Shown here piece by piece: positions 51,560-60,254 of a stretch of DNA of 64,000 nucleotides. The position numbers and the translations under genes were made by a program. The stretch lies in the NCBI GenBank assembly GCA_965215185.1, contig OZ244034.1, positions 192,001 through 256,000 on the forward strand, given 5' to 3'. A model generated the notes under the pieces. The model did no database searches, was not told the origin of the DNA, and saw only the letters and a program-made list of their open reading frames with translations. The stretch comes from Acidimicrobiia bacterium (GTDB lineage Bacteria > Actinomycetota > Acidimicrobiia > Spongiisociales > ZC4RG35). Position 1 is the stretch's first letter. The number at the start of each line of letters is the position of its first letter.

Positions 51560-52378
51560 TCAGTTCGTGATGGGTCCGCACTTCCCTAACTGCTCCTTCA
51601 CAAAGTCGTACTCGCCCTGGTCCATAGTGGCCTTCCAGTCCTCCTTGACAGCCACATGGATGTACAGATACTGACACCACCCCGGATAGTTCACCCTCTG
51701 TGGAGAAGCCGCATCCTCGGTGTTCCACCACTCCAGAGGATCATGGGCACCTTTGGATTGATCAACCGACGCGGCGATGGTCCACAGGTTGTAGGCGTCC
51801 AGGAGGATGCCGGGTTCGCGCACGCCCGAGCACCACGCCTCTCCAATGGACACGACGAAATCCGCGTCTAGCACCTGTCGTTGATGTTGATGGCTCAGGT
51901 AGCCAACATCATGCTTCCACAACGACCAATAGGGCAGGTTGTCGTCCCAATAGCCGGTAGCTGGTGGCCACCCGTCGCAGTTCTCGGGTGCTATTTGAAT
52001 ATTGGAAAGCCGCCGCAACCCATCCCTACCGGGATTCAGAGTGGCGTTGGGTGTGTAATAGGTGACGCCGTCGATCACGGTGGTGGTTGTGGTGGTGGGA
52101 CCGGGTGTTGGTGCGGTGGATCTGACGGGTGGCGCTTCTCCGGTCTGCTGGGCATAGCGGTACAGAAACGTGACGATCTGAGCTCGGGTCACCGGCTGAT
52201 CCGGGCAGAACCTGTCCGTGGCGCACCCCCGGGTGATCCCGTTCTCTACTGCCCATGCGATGGCGTCTTCTGCGTAGTGCCCAGGGGGCACATCGGTGAA
52301 CGGGTTGGCGGCTCTGGCTAGGACCACGCCGCCGGTCAGCCCGAGAGCAAACGCTAGGACGATAAGCAGTTTTCTCAT
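51560..52378 (-). CDS. Secreted SLH-domain protein with a DUF1524/HNH-like C-terminal domain
   Basis: Signal peptide; FTDVPPGHYA..AI.WA...GIT.G...FCPD..VTRAQ SLH; PT linker; LDADFVV...EAW.SG...NL....SVDQSKG..DP.EW...CQY....VAVK..W. Confidence 0.75.
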   Translation of the reverse strand: MRKLLIVLAFALGLTGGVVLARAANPFTDVPPGHYAEDAIAWAVENGITRGCATDRFCPDQPVTRAQIVTFLYRYAQQTGEAPPVRSTAPTPGPTTTTTTVIDGVTYYTPNATLNPGRDGLRRLSNIQIAPENCDGWPPATGYWDDNLPYWSLWKHDVGYLSHQHQRQVLDADFVVSIGEAWCSGVREPGILLDAYNLWTIAASVDQSKGAHDPLEWWNTEDAASPQRVNYPGWCQYLYIHVAVKEDWKATMDQGEYDFVKEQLGKCGPITN

Positions 52379-52383
52379 GTCAC

Positions 52384-52783
52384 TCAGCACGTAAAGCTCT
52401 TAAAGGATACGAACGGTTTGGAATACCCCGTGAGAGTCGCCACATTGCGCCCCGCTTTCAGATTGACCCACTCGTTGATACGGTCAACTTGGAACCCCTC
52501 CTCGTCATAGAACCGCACCTCGAAGTAGACATCATCTTCGTCCCCGCCCCAGTCAAGTTCAAGGCGGCATGACACCTCCCAGTATCCGCCTGCAAAGTCG
52601 TCATCTATCACTTTGCACCGTTCCTCGAAAAACTCGGGGGACTGATGTTGTGGAGGCGGTGGCTCGGGTGGTGATCGGGCTGTCTGTTTCGACAATTGCT
52701 TGTGCGTCCGAGCCGAGTTCTTCCAGTGCTGTGCATCCAGTGAGCAACAGGAAGAGCAAAGCCATCGCGATGGCCTTGCTCAT
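52384..52783 (-). pseudogene. Lipoprotein, frameshifted near 52635
   Basis: MSKAIAMALLFLLLTGC lipobox in one frame; C-terminal domain (FEERCKV...FYDEEGFQV) in another, switching at the C5/T5 tracts. Confidence 0.6.
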
Positions 52784-52803
52784 GGTTGTTGTCCTTTCTC
52801 GGG

Positions 52804-52992
52804 TTAGGCGCAGTAGACGAAGGCTAGCAGGAGCGTCCCGATCAGCCCGATACCCATGAGGAAGTTGGCGAATTGATGAATTCCCCAAGCGACCTTGCCT
52901 GTGGCTGGTTTGCGAGCGCCGCACTTGGGGCAGGCTTTCGCTGATCGGGACACCTCGGTCTGGCAGTCACGGCAGGTAGGTGGCGGCAGCAT
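52804..52992 (-). CDS. Zinc-ribbon membrane protein
   Basis: CRDC..EVS..A.ACPKCG plus a C-terminal TM helix. Confidence 0.7.
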   Translation of the reverse strand: MLPPPTCRDCQTEVSRSAKACPKCGARKPATGKVAWGIHQFANFLMGIGLIGTLLLAFVYCA

Positions 52993-53059
52993 ACGACCTC
53001 ATGGGAGCCTTGATTTCACAACTTTGGATGTCCTGTCGACGCCCCGCCAGTGGTGCTGA

Positions 53060-53332
53060 CCCTTTTCAGGTCACGGTGGACGGATATTCGTTTCTCGGAG
53101 ACCAACGAGTCGCGCCGACGTCTTCGCAGGCATTCGTCGCCATGTGGTTCGACCCGTCCATGAATCATGTATACACCGAAGGAATCAAACCGGCTATCCA
53201 ACACGCTGGTTACGAACCTCTGCGCATAGACCGCACCGAGACATCAACAAGATCCACGACGAGATTATCAGAGAACTCTGACGCTGGTTGTAGTTGCTGA
53301 TTTCACGTCCGGCTCGGGTGGAGCGCGAGGGG
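53060..53332 (+). pseudogene. Fragment of a nucleoside deoxyribosyltransferase/TIR-like domain gene
   Basis: SSQAFVAMWFD.SM..VY..GIKPAI..AGYEPLRID, then in shifted frames INKIHDEII and VVADFT...GARG; truncated. Confidence 0.7.
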
Positions 53333-53471
53333 TGGGTGGGTTAGTGGAACTATGCGAGATTGCCGACGTTGTGGAGGGCGGTGTGGTAGGCGTGGCCATG
53401 GACATCGGACGGGGAGGCGCAGTAAAGCATGTGCGCCGTGGTTGCGGTTCTTCGATCCTAGGAGCCATTGT

Positions 53472-54398
53472 TCATCTCGGTAACCGTTGTTTGTCAAATG
53501 TGGATGTGAGTTCCGCGATGGCTTCGTTTCCTGGTTTGGTGTATATGGCGAGTGTGCGTGGGTCTTGGTGTCGGCTTTTGGCTTGGAGCAGGATGGTGGA
53601 GGCCCCTTTCTCGCCGAGGTGGGTGAGTGAGGAGTGGCGGAGTTGGTGCAGTGTCCACCCCCCGGTGGTTTGTTTGTAGATGGTGGAAGCCCGCTCGTAG
53701 GACAGTCTTCCCCGGCCGGTGTGGGGGCATTCGTCTCCTCGGGCGGGGATGACGTTGGGTCGCCGGTGGGTTAGAAACACAGGTCCTCGACGGCGGCCGG
53801 CCAAATACCGTGATAGAAGCCGTGCGGTGCCGGATGCCCAGAAGACGTATTCTTTGTGGCCGCCTTTGCCGATGATGACTGCCCGCTTGCGGGGAAGGTC
53901 AAGATCCTCCACGTTGAGCGCGAGGATTTCCCCGGCCCGGGCGGCTGTTTCGTACAGCATCTTCCACAGGGTTTTTTCTCGCAGGTCTATGTCTCTTCGG
54001 GACCATAGATTTTCGAGGTCTTGGTAGGGGATGGCTTTGGTCTGGTCGCGGGGCTTCCGGCGGCGTACTACCAGTGTCATCGGGTCGTGGTCTATCCATT
54101 TGTTGCGTTGGCAGTAGGAAACGAACGACTGGAGGGCGGTGATTCGGGTGTTCCAGGTGGCGGGTTGAGCGGACCCCCACCGTTGCTGGAAGACCTCTAG
54201 AACATGGCGGGGGTCCAGTTGGTCAACGGAAAGGTCCATGCCAAGATCCTCGATTACGGCCGATAGCGCTTGGCCATATGCCCGCCGGGTGTTGGCTGAG
54301 AGTTGCTTGTCGGAGAAGAACGCTTCCACCGCCGACCGCAGTCGTGGTGTTCCCCGGTAGTCGGCTAATGCCACGACCCGGCTGTTCACAGCATGCAC
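53472..54398 (-). CDS. Tyrosine recombinase / site-specific integrase
   Basis: N-terminal SANTRRAY SAM-like domain. Catalytic R (YETAAR), K (GKGG), HQLRH, H (SRH) and Y (LAIY) are all intact. Confidence 0.93.
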   Translation of the reverse strand: MHAVNSRVVALADYRGTPRLRSAVEAFFSDKQLSANTRRAYGQALSAVIEDLGMDLSVDQLDPRHVLEVFQQRWGSAQPATWNTRITALQSFVSYCQRNKWIDHDPMTLVVRRRKPRDQTKAIPYQDLENLWSRRDIDLREKTLWKMLYETAARAGEILALNVEDLDLPRKRAVIIGKGGHKEYVFWASGTARLLSRYLAGRRRGPVFLTHRRPNVIPARGDECPHTGRGRLSYERASTIYKQTTGGWTLHQLRHSSLTHLGEKGASTILLQAKSRHQDPRTLAIYTKPGNEAIAELTSTFDKQRLPR

Positions 54399-54482
54399 TC
54401 CCGGTTATGAAAGATATTCAACATGGTTCATGCGCGGATCCTAGGACCAAACCACCAGCTAGATCCACGTATTACCGGCCGG

Positions 54483-54515
54483 TTACGACAGATACTCCAT
54501 AAATATCAGCCGCTA
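54483..54515. other. Putative recombination site B: TTACGACAGATAC-tccataa-ATATCAGCCGCTA
   Basis: About 85 bp upstream of the integrase; 17-bp core identical to site C. Confidence 0.7.
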
Positions 54516-54919
54516 TGTGTATGCAGGAGGGGAATGTGGGTTTCAGAAGCAGGACCGGGATCGTCATAAAGTGTCTGGGGTGACGTGTTTTGGGAATCCA
54601 GTTGGTTGGCTGTTCGGTAAGGGAGGGTGGTATTAACACCGGAGCCGTGGTCGGTCAGGGGCGTTGTGTGTCCACCGGTCATATTGAGAGCGGGCAATGG
54701 CACCGGAGGGTCGGGCCTCTCGGCTCGGCCAGCCTTCTTCTGGTCAGGCCGCTATAGGTGGGGCCACCGATGGCTTGGGGTCAAAGCGCGATGTCAAAGC
54801 CTGTTTCGGGGTGGCAGTGGTCGCGGAAGGGCCTGTTAACCCCCGGCCGGTTCTCAGCAACAGGGCCGAACAGAGGTCCCTCATGTCCTGTATTGGTGGG
54901 TGGTGGAGGTCCGTTCTGG

Positions 54920-57859
54920 TTAGGGGCTTGTTGGTAGGGCTGTTTCTAGAGTGCGGAGGGAATCGAGGAAGTTGTAGTGGTCGTAGAACGTTCGAGCTTG
55001 TTGCACTAGAGCGGTCTGTTCATCCGTGAGTTCCATGGCGGCGAGTTGCGCGAATAGTTTGTCGGAGTTGGCTTGCATCGTTTGCATTTCGTAGTAGAGG
55101 TCTTGTGCTAATAGGAATTGCTTCAACTCCGTTTCGGTATCGAACCCGGCTGACAGTGTTTGCCCTTCTTTGAGTCTCTCGATTTGATGGGCGAAGGCTG
55201 TTTCTGGGTGGTAGCTCGCCAGATCCCGGTCCCATAACGCTTCCTGGTCCTCCCACGTGAACAAGGGATCGATATGTTGAAAGAATGTTTCGATGTCCCC
55301 GGCCTCAAGTTCCAGGCCTCTGTTCTGGTTTATGAAGTCGGCGGTGATCTGCCATCCATCGATCCTGGTTTGCGGGTCTTCTAGGTAAGCCATCGTCCGG
55401 TACCCCACCGAAAGCAGACGGAACATGGTGTCCCGGTTCTTTTCTACCCATTCCCGGTTGGCCAACAGTCCTGTGCCACCTACTGTTGTGCTGGCTATCG
55501 CTGCCGGCCGGGAAACAGCGTCGTGTTCGAAGATCATCGCATAGCTGATCAGCGGATCCCAGCCGTTGCGGATCAACTCGACAGCAGTCAGAGCCCCTAA
55601 AGGCATGGCGAACTCGACTCTGCCTGGAACCTTGGAATCTTGGGCGATAGTGGGGTCATCGAGGTACCGTGGGTTGGCGTAATAACGCCAGTCCCGGCTG
55701 GTGATGTATATCGGCTGGGGATTGCCATCGGCGTCCAACACCGGCGAGCCATCATAGTTCATCAGGACTGGGTTGTTGCCGTCAGCGTCCAAGGCCAGTT
55801 GATGGGGCTGTTCGTTCTGCCACCACTCGGGCAGATAAGCAAAAAACGCGTCCGCGTACTGCGCTTGGGTAGTGCTGTGGGGCGGCATGTGGACTGTCTT
55901 CCCCAACAGTTGGCGCACAGCCGCTTGGGCCGCTTCGGGAAAGGACATCCCTTCTGACATGAACTCCAAGGCGGTCTTAGCATCGCTGTCCGGCGCCACA
56001 AGAATCAGGTACCCGATGTAGATGTCCTGGAAGAGAATCGGCGGATAGTTCTGACCGTCGCGTTCCAGGAGTCCGAACACTCCGGGCACCCAGGCGGTTG
56101 CAACATCCAATTGGTCCCGTTGGAGAGCAGGGACGATCTCCGCCGACGTAGAGAAGAGGTGCCCCCCCTCGGGCGCGATGGTTATTCCAAGTTCTTCGAA
56201 CCAGCCTTTCTCTATGGGAATCTGCAAGAACGCAAGATCAGCGCAACAGGGATAAATCCCCATACGAATCGTCCCCGAGTCAGAGGTGGTGTCGGAAGAG
56301 TCGCTGGGGGTGCCTCCTAGGAGGTTGACGGTGCGGTAGAGGAAGGTAACGATCTGAGCGCGGGTTATTGTCCCGTCTGGACCAAAGAGACCTGCACCGA
56401 TTCCAGAGGTTATCCCGTTTGTGAAGGCCCAACCTATCGCTTCGTCGGCCTCGTGTTCCCTAGGGACATCATCGAAGAAGTCGGATCCTCCGCCGAGTCT
56501 GCGGGATGACCATGCCTGTGTTGACAAGTCGTCCTCGGAGCTGTTGTTGGTGATTCGAAGCCGGTTGGTGCCGTCAGCGTTCATTGTGTAGATTTCAAAG
56601 TTGCCGACGTGGCCTTGATCACTTCGGAAAGCGATTTGGGTTCCGTCCGGCGACCAACTGGGACGGCGGTGGTTAGCGAAATCATCGGTAAGTTGGTGCT
56701 CGTTGGTCCCATCGGTGTCCATCACCAAGATTTGCCAACCCCTGCCCCGGTCACTTTGGAAGGCGATTTGGGTTCCGTCCGGCGACCAACTCGATGCCCA
56801 GTCGATGTGGGTGTTGTTGGTGAGTTGGCGAACGTTGGTCCCATCGGCGTTCATCACATAGATTTCCATGTCCCCGTCTCGGTCACTATTGAAAGCGATT
56901 TGGGTTCCGTCCGGCGACCAACTCGCCTGTCCGTCACGGTAGGTGTTGTTGGTGAGTTGGCGAACGTTGGTCCCATCCGTGCTCATCACATAGATTTCCA
57001 GGTCGAAGTCTCGGTCACTTTGGAAGGCGATTTGGGTTCCGTCCGGCGACCATCTCGGCGCCTCGTCATAACTAGGATGGTTGGTGAGTTGGCGTACGTT
57101 GGTACCGTCGGCGTTCATTACAAAGATCTCAGCCAGGTCCCCAGCCCGGTTACTAGCGAAGGCGATTTGGGTTCCGTCCGGTGACCAACTCGGTAACAGG
57201 TCATTGTAGGTGTTGTTGGTGAGTTGGCGTACGTTGGTACCGTCGGCGTTCAACACAGTCCCGTCAGCGTTTGTCACGAAGATCTCGTGGTCCCCGTCCT
57301 GGTTGTTGGTGAAGAGTATGGCACCATCTGGATCCGTTGTTGTCGTCACCGGTCTGCCTTGGATCAGGTTGACCGTGCGTTGGATGAAAGTGACCATCTC
57401 CGCGCGGCTTACGGTCCCATCCAGGTTGAAGGTTCTACCGTCGACTCCACTCACGACCCCGTTAGAGACTGCCCATCCGATCTCCTCGTCCGCCCAGTGC
57501 CCAGCAGGAACATCATCAAACAGTTGGGATCCCAGAACAGAGACAGGAGTGTTCTGCAGAAGGTTGATCGTGCGGAAGAGGAAAGTGAAAATCTGTGCGC
57601 GAGTGACGATTCCGTTCAGGTCAAATCGACCCTCACCCACTCCAACAGTGATGCTGTTCGCCACCGCCCATCCGATCTCTTCGTCCGCCCAGTGCCCAGC
57701 AGGAACGTCATCGAAAGTATCAGACCCTTTAGGGTCTTCCGTCTGAGCGATGGTTGTTCCACCCAATGACACCACCATCGCGATCGCTATCAGAACAACA
57801 ATGACGTTCCCGGGGCTGGCAAAATGTGCTCTTTCATTATCTCTCTTTAGACCAAACAT
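54920..57859 (-). CDS. Surface protein: SLH modules + TolB-like (PD40) beta-propeller + NMT1/SsuA-like substrate-binding domain
   Basis: Three FDDVP..H.ADE.IGWA...G SLH blocks; five WSPDGTQIAF.S repeats; C-terminal IRMGIYPCCAD...EKGWFEELGI SBP-like domain. Confidence 0.85.
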   Translation of the reverse strand: MFGLKRDNERAHFASPGNVIVVLIAIAMVVSLGGTTIAQTEDPKGSDTFDDVPAGHWADEEIGWAVANSITVGVGEGRFDLNGIVTRAQIFTFLFRTINLLQNTPVSVLGSQLFDDVPAGHWADEEIGWAVSNGVVSGVDGRTFNLDGTVSRAEMVTFIQRTVNLIQGRPVTTTTDPDGAILFTNNQDGDHEIFVTNADGTVLNADGTNVRQLTNNTYNDLLPSWSPDGTQIAFASNRAGDLAEIFVMNADGTNVRQLTNHPSYDEAPRWSPDGTQIAFQSDRDFDLEIYVMSTDGTNVRQLTNNTYRDGQASWSPDGTQIAFNSDRDGDMEIYVMNADGTNVRQLTNNTHIDWASSWSPDGTQIAFQSDRGRGWQILVMDTDGTNEHQLTDDFANHRRPSWSPDGTQIAFRSDQGHVGNFEIYTMNADGTNRLRITNNSSEDDLSTQAWSSRRLGGGSDFFDDVPREHEADEAIGWAFTNGITSGIGAGLFGPDGTITRAQIVTFLYRTVNLLGGTPSDSSDTTSDSGTIRMGIYPCCADLAFLQIPIEKGWFEELGITIAPEGGHLFSTSAEIVPALQRDQLDVATAWVPGVFGLLERDGQNYPPILFQDIYIGYLILVAPDSDAKTALEFMSEGMSFPEAAQAAVRQLLGKTVHMPPHSTTQAQYADAFFAYLPEWWQNEQPHQLALDADGNNPVLMNYDGSPVLDADGNPQPIYITSRDWRYYANPRYLDDPTIAQDSKVPGRVEFAMPLGALTAVELIRNGWDPLISYAMIFEHDAVSRPAAIASTTVGGTGLLANREWVEKNRDTMFRLLSVGYRTMAYLEDPQTRIDGWQITADFINQNRGLELEAGDIETFFQHIDPLFTWEDQEALWDRDLASYHPETAFAHQIERLKEGQTLSAGFDTETELKQFLLAQDLYYEMQTMQANSDKLFAQLAAMELTDEQTALVQQARTFYDHYNFLDSLRTLETALPTSP
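56575..57260 (-). repeat. About 132-bp tandem repeats encoding PD40 blades
   Basis: GCGATTTGGGTTCCGTCCGG(C/T)GACCA recurs near 56631, 56764, 56896, 57027 and 57162. Confidence 0.9.
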
Positions 57860-57989
57860 ATGCAGGAGTCCCAGCCTTCCATCGTATATTGTGACCTAAG
57901 CGTAGAAACGCCTTAGGTTGCACCTATAGGAAAAGCGATATCAATTTGTATTATCCTGGATGCTACATCTGTCCCCTTTGGGAGGCGAT

Positions 57990-58490
57990 AATGAGGCCTG
58001 GATGAAGGAGCGTTTGGGGCTGCGGGTGGTTTTGCCGTCGCTGGTGTGCTTCGGTTCAGTCGGTGGCGGATGGGTTGCCCGGAGGAGGCTAGGGGTGGTG
58101 CGAGCGGGCAAACCGAGCGAAGGGTGCTTCGTTGCGACATCGGCCTGGATGAGACAAGACGATGTACACTTGGGAAGGCGGTGATGGGTCCTATTCCTGG
58201 CTGGTCCAATAGGCGGCGGGGCAACAGAGTTGACCAGTTCGGCGATGGATGCTTTGAGGGCTTGGGAAGGGCAAGACCATCAACAGAACTCGTGATTGAG
58301 TGGGGAGACGGGACTCGGGACACCATTTTGAGTGGGGTCGTCCTCGGTGATGTCCCCTACCCGCACCGGTAGTCGCAGCCAACTCAATCCCGGGAGAGTC
58401 AGTTCCGCGCCGGTCCTGGGTGTGCTTGGTGAGCACACGGATGCGTCTGGCCAGGCTGTGGAGCGCCTGTTTGGTGGCGGTGAGTACGTT
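57990..58490 (-). mobile_element. Degraded IS110-family transposase remnant
   Basis: Fragments across frames: LHSLARRIRVL, LLDQPGIGPITA, PLASSGQPIRHRLNR. Confidence 0.65.
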
Positions 58491-58526
58491 CATGGGTGAC
58501 CGCCCTCTTCGGGACATTACCGTAGG

Positions 58527-58559
58527 CTACGACTGATACTCCATAAATATCTGTTGTGA
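58527..58559. other. Putative recombination site C: CTACGACTGATAC-tccataa-ATATCTGTTGTGA
   Basis: Direct repeat of site B (TACGAC.GATACTCCATAAATATC). IS remnants on both sides end at or near it. Confidence 0.7.
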
Positions 58560-58848
58560 TGAGTGCCCGCCGCAGGCAGGTCAACCCCTCTCGTTCCTCC
58601 GATGCCAAACATAGGAGATCGACCCTCATTAATCTCGGCCTGGGTCACCCACCGTCGCAGACCGGAACTGGAAGTCCCAACCGGCGAGCAACAACAGACA
58701 GCACTTTCTCCCTCTCCCGAAGCAAATCCACTGCTCGACGGTGGAACTCCTCCGGATAGGCAGCCGGATCACAACCTCCTTGCCAAAGAGCCCAAACCGG
58801 CTCTTGCACGATCACAGAGTACGTGCCCAGAAAACGGAGGAACTCCAA
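58560..58848 (-). mobile_element. IS3-family left end and orfA remnant, truncated at site C
   Basis: IR-like TGGAGTTCCTCCGTTTTCTGGGCAC; PAAYPEEFHRRAVDL...VARRLG, WVTQAEI, SEERE.L..LRR. Confidence 0.65.
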
Positions 58849-59163
58849 CAACCGACTGTGGGGGCTGTGGAGTGGAGGAAGTCCAGGTTGATGGTTCCTT
58901 GTTTGGGGAACCGGGTGGTGGGGAGGGGGGTTCTTCTGAGAAGGACAGCAGTGACACTGTTTGAGCCTTCTGATGGTTCTGGTGTGGAGGGCGCTGGTGG
59001 GGTGCCTCAGACAGTGTTGTTCAGGTCAAACCTGATGCGGGAGCCCGCAGGCCTAGCCACTACCGAGGTCAGTTTCTGCTTGAGCGTCGGTACTATGGAG
59101 GCGCACCCCGGCTATTTGACCGCTCGGGCAGCCTACTGTTCACGTTGCTAGGTCGGCCTCTAG

Positions 59164-60135
59164 ATGGATCGCAAATCTATGAAGGTTATTGAGATTGGAA
59201 CTCTTGATCGCATCGCGGTGCGTGAGGTATGGCCGCAGGAGGCCGGGGATTTCACGCCATGGCTTGCAGAGAACGTCGAACTAATAAGTGAGGCAATGGG
59301 GATGGACCTTGAACTTGTGGGTCAAGAAGTCTCAGTCGGCAAATACAGCGCCGATCTGGTGCTGAAAGAGGTCTCTTCTGGTGCTGTGGTGGTTGTTGAG
59401 AACATGTACGGCCAGACGGATCATGACCACATCGGCAAGCTCATCACCTATGCGGCTGGCCTGGACGCGAGTTACGCGGTGCTATTGGCCGAGAACTTCC
59501 GTCCCGAGCACCGCTCAGCGCTCAATTGGCTGAACTCGATCTCAACTGAGGACTGCGGCTTTTTTGGTCTCGGTCTAGAAACATGGCGTATCGGTGATTC
59601 GAGCCCGGCGCCGCAGTTGCGGATTGATGTGCAACCCGACGACTGGACCAAGAGCGTCAGAGCGACAAAGGGCCGGCAGGACAGCCAGCGTGAAACGCTA
59701 TTCAGACGGTTCTGGGCTGAGATGCAGTCGAGCTTCAGAGCAGACAGCACAGACTGGGCAGGAAGAGGCAAGCCGTCAAAAGAGGCGTGGATGCCCTTCA
59801 AGTCGCGCAAAGGCGTCCAGTTCATTGTCACATTCTGCAAACCGGGCAATGTCCCGGCTTTCCGTGCCGAGGCATATATCGACACAGGGGACAAGGAAAG
59901 CACAGCCAAGCTGTATGAGGCTCTTGAGGCAAGACGAACTGAGATCGATACCGCATTTGGCAAAGAACTCGAATGGTCAAGGTTGGAGAAGCGTCGGGCT
60001 TCCCGCGTCAGTACCTACTATCCGCAACCGATCGGGATCGAGGACGAGGACCACTGGCCGCAAGCCCGGGCCTGGGCAGTGTCCGCACTCGGTGGCCTAC
60101 GTGCGGCTATTGAACCGGTACTTGACGATCTGTAG
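59164..60135 (+). CDS. DUF4268-domain protein with N-terminal PD-(D/E)XK nuclease-like domain
   Basis: REVWP.EA.DFTPWL, E.SVG.YSADL...VVVEN....TDHDH.GKLITYAAG, FR.EHR.AL.WLN; C-terminal EI...FG.EL.W..L..RRASR. Confidence 0.85.
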   Translation: MDRKSMKVIEIGTLDRIAVREVWPQEAGDFTPWLAENVELISEAMGMDLELVGQEVSVGKYSADLVLKEVSSGAVVVVENMYGQTDHDHIGKLITYAAGLDASYAVLLAENFRPEHRSALNWLNSISTEDCGFFGLGLETWRIGDSSPAPQLRIDVQPDDWTKSVRATKGRQDSQRETLFRRFWAEMQSSFRADSTDWAGRGKPSKEAWMPFKSRKGVQFIVTFCKPGNVPAFRAEAYIDTGDKESTAKLYEALEARRTEIDTAFGKELEWSRLEKRRASRVSTYYPQPIGIEDEDHWPQARAWAVSALGGLRAAIEPVLDDL

Positions 60136-60221
60136 GTCGGCTCAACTGGATTAATGCCGGCACCAGCGGTGATCACAGCACCGTCACCTCCACCCGACTA
60201 GAACAGTCTCCTTCTTCCCCG

Positions 60222-60254
60222 ATGTGACGGATACTCTGGGAATATCCGTCATTT
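60222..60254. other. Putative recombination site D: ATGTGACGGATAC-tctggga-ATATCCGTCATTT
   Basis: TGACGGATA/TATCCGTCA perfect arms with the same GATAC-N7-ATATC core as sites A-C. Confidence 0.55.

Noticed and set aside
53472-54398. Classical integron integrase IntI or chromosomal XerC/D
   Set aside because: No IntI-type insertion or attC sites were recognised, and the mobile context with a second partial copy argues against housekeeping Xer.
56575-57260. Regularly spaced DNA repeats as a CRISPR array
   Set aside because: They are in-frame PD40 protein repeats with a period of about 132 bp and similar intervening sequence; no cas genes.
57936-57956. GATATCAATTTGTATTATC as another recombination site
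   Set aside because: Spacing differs from GATAC-N7-ATATC and the outer arms do not match; more likely the promoter of the surface-protein gene.
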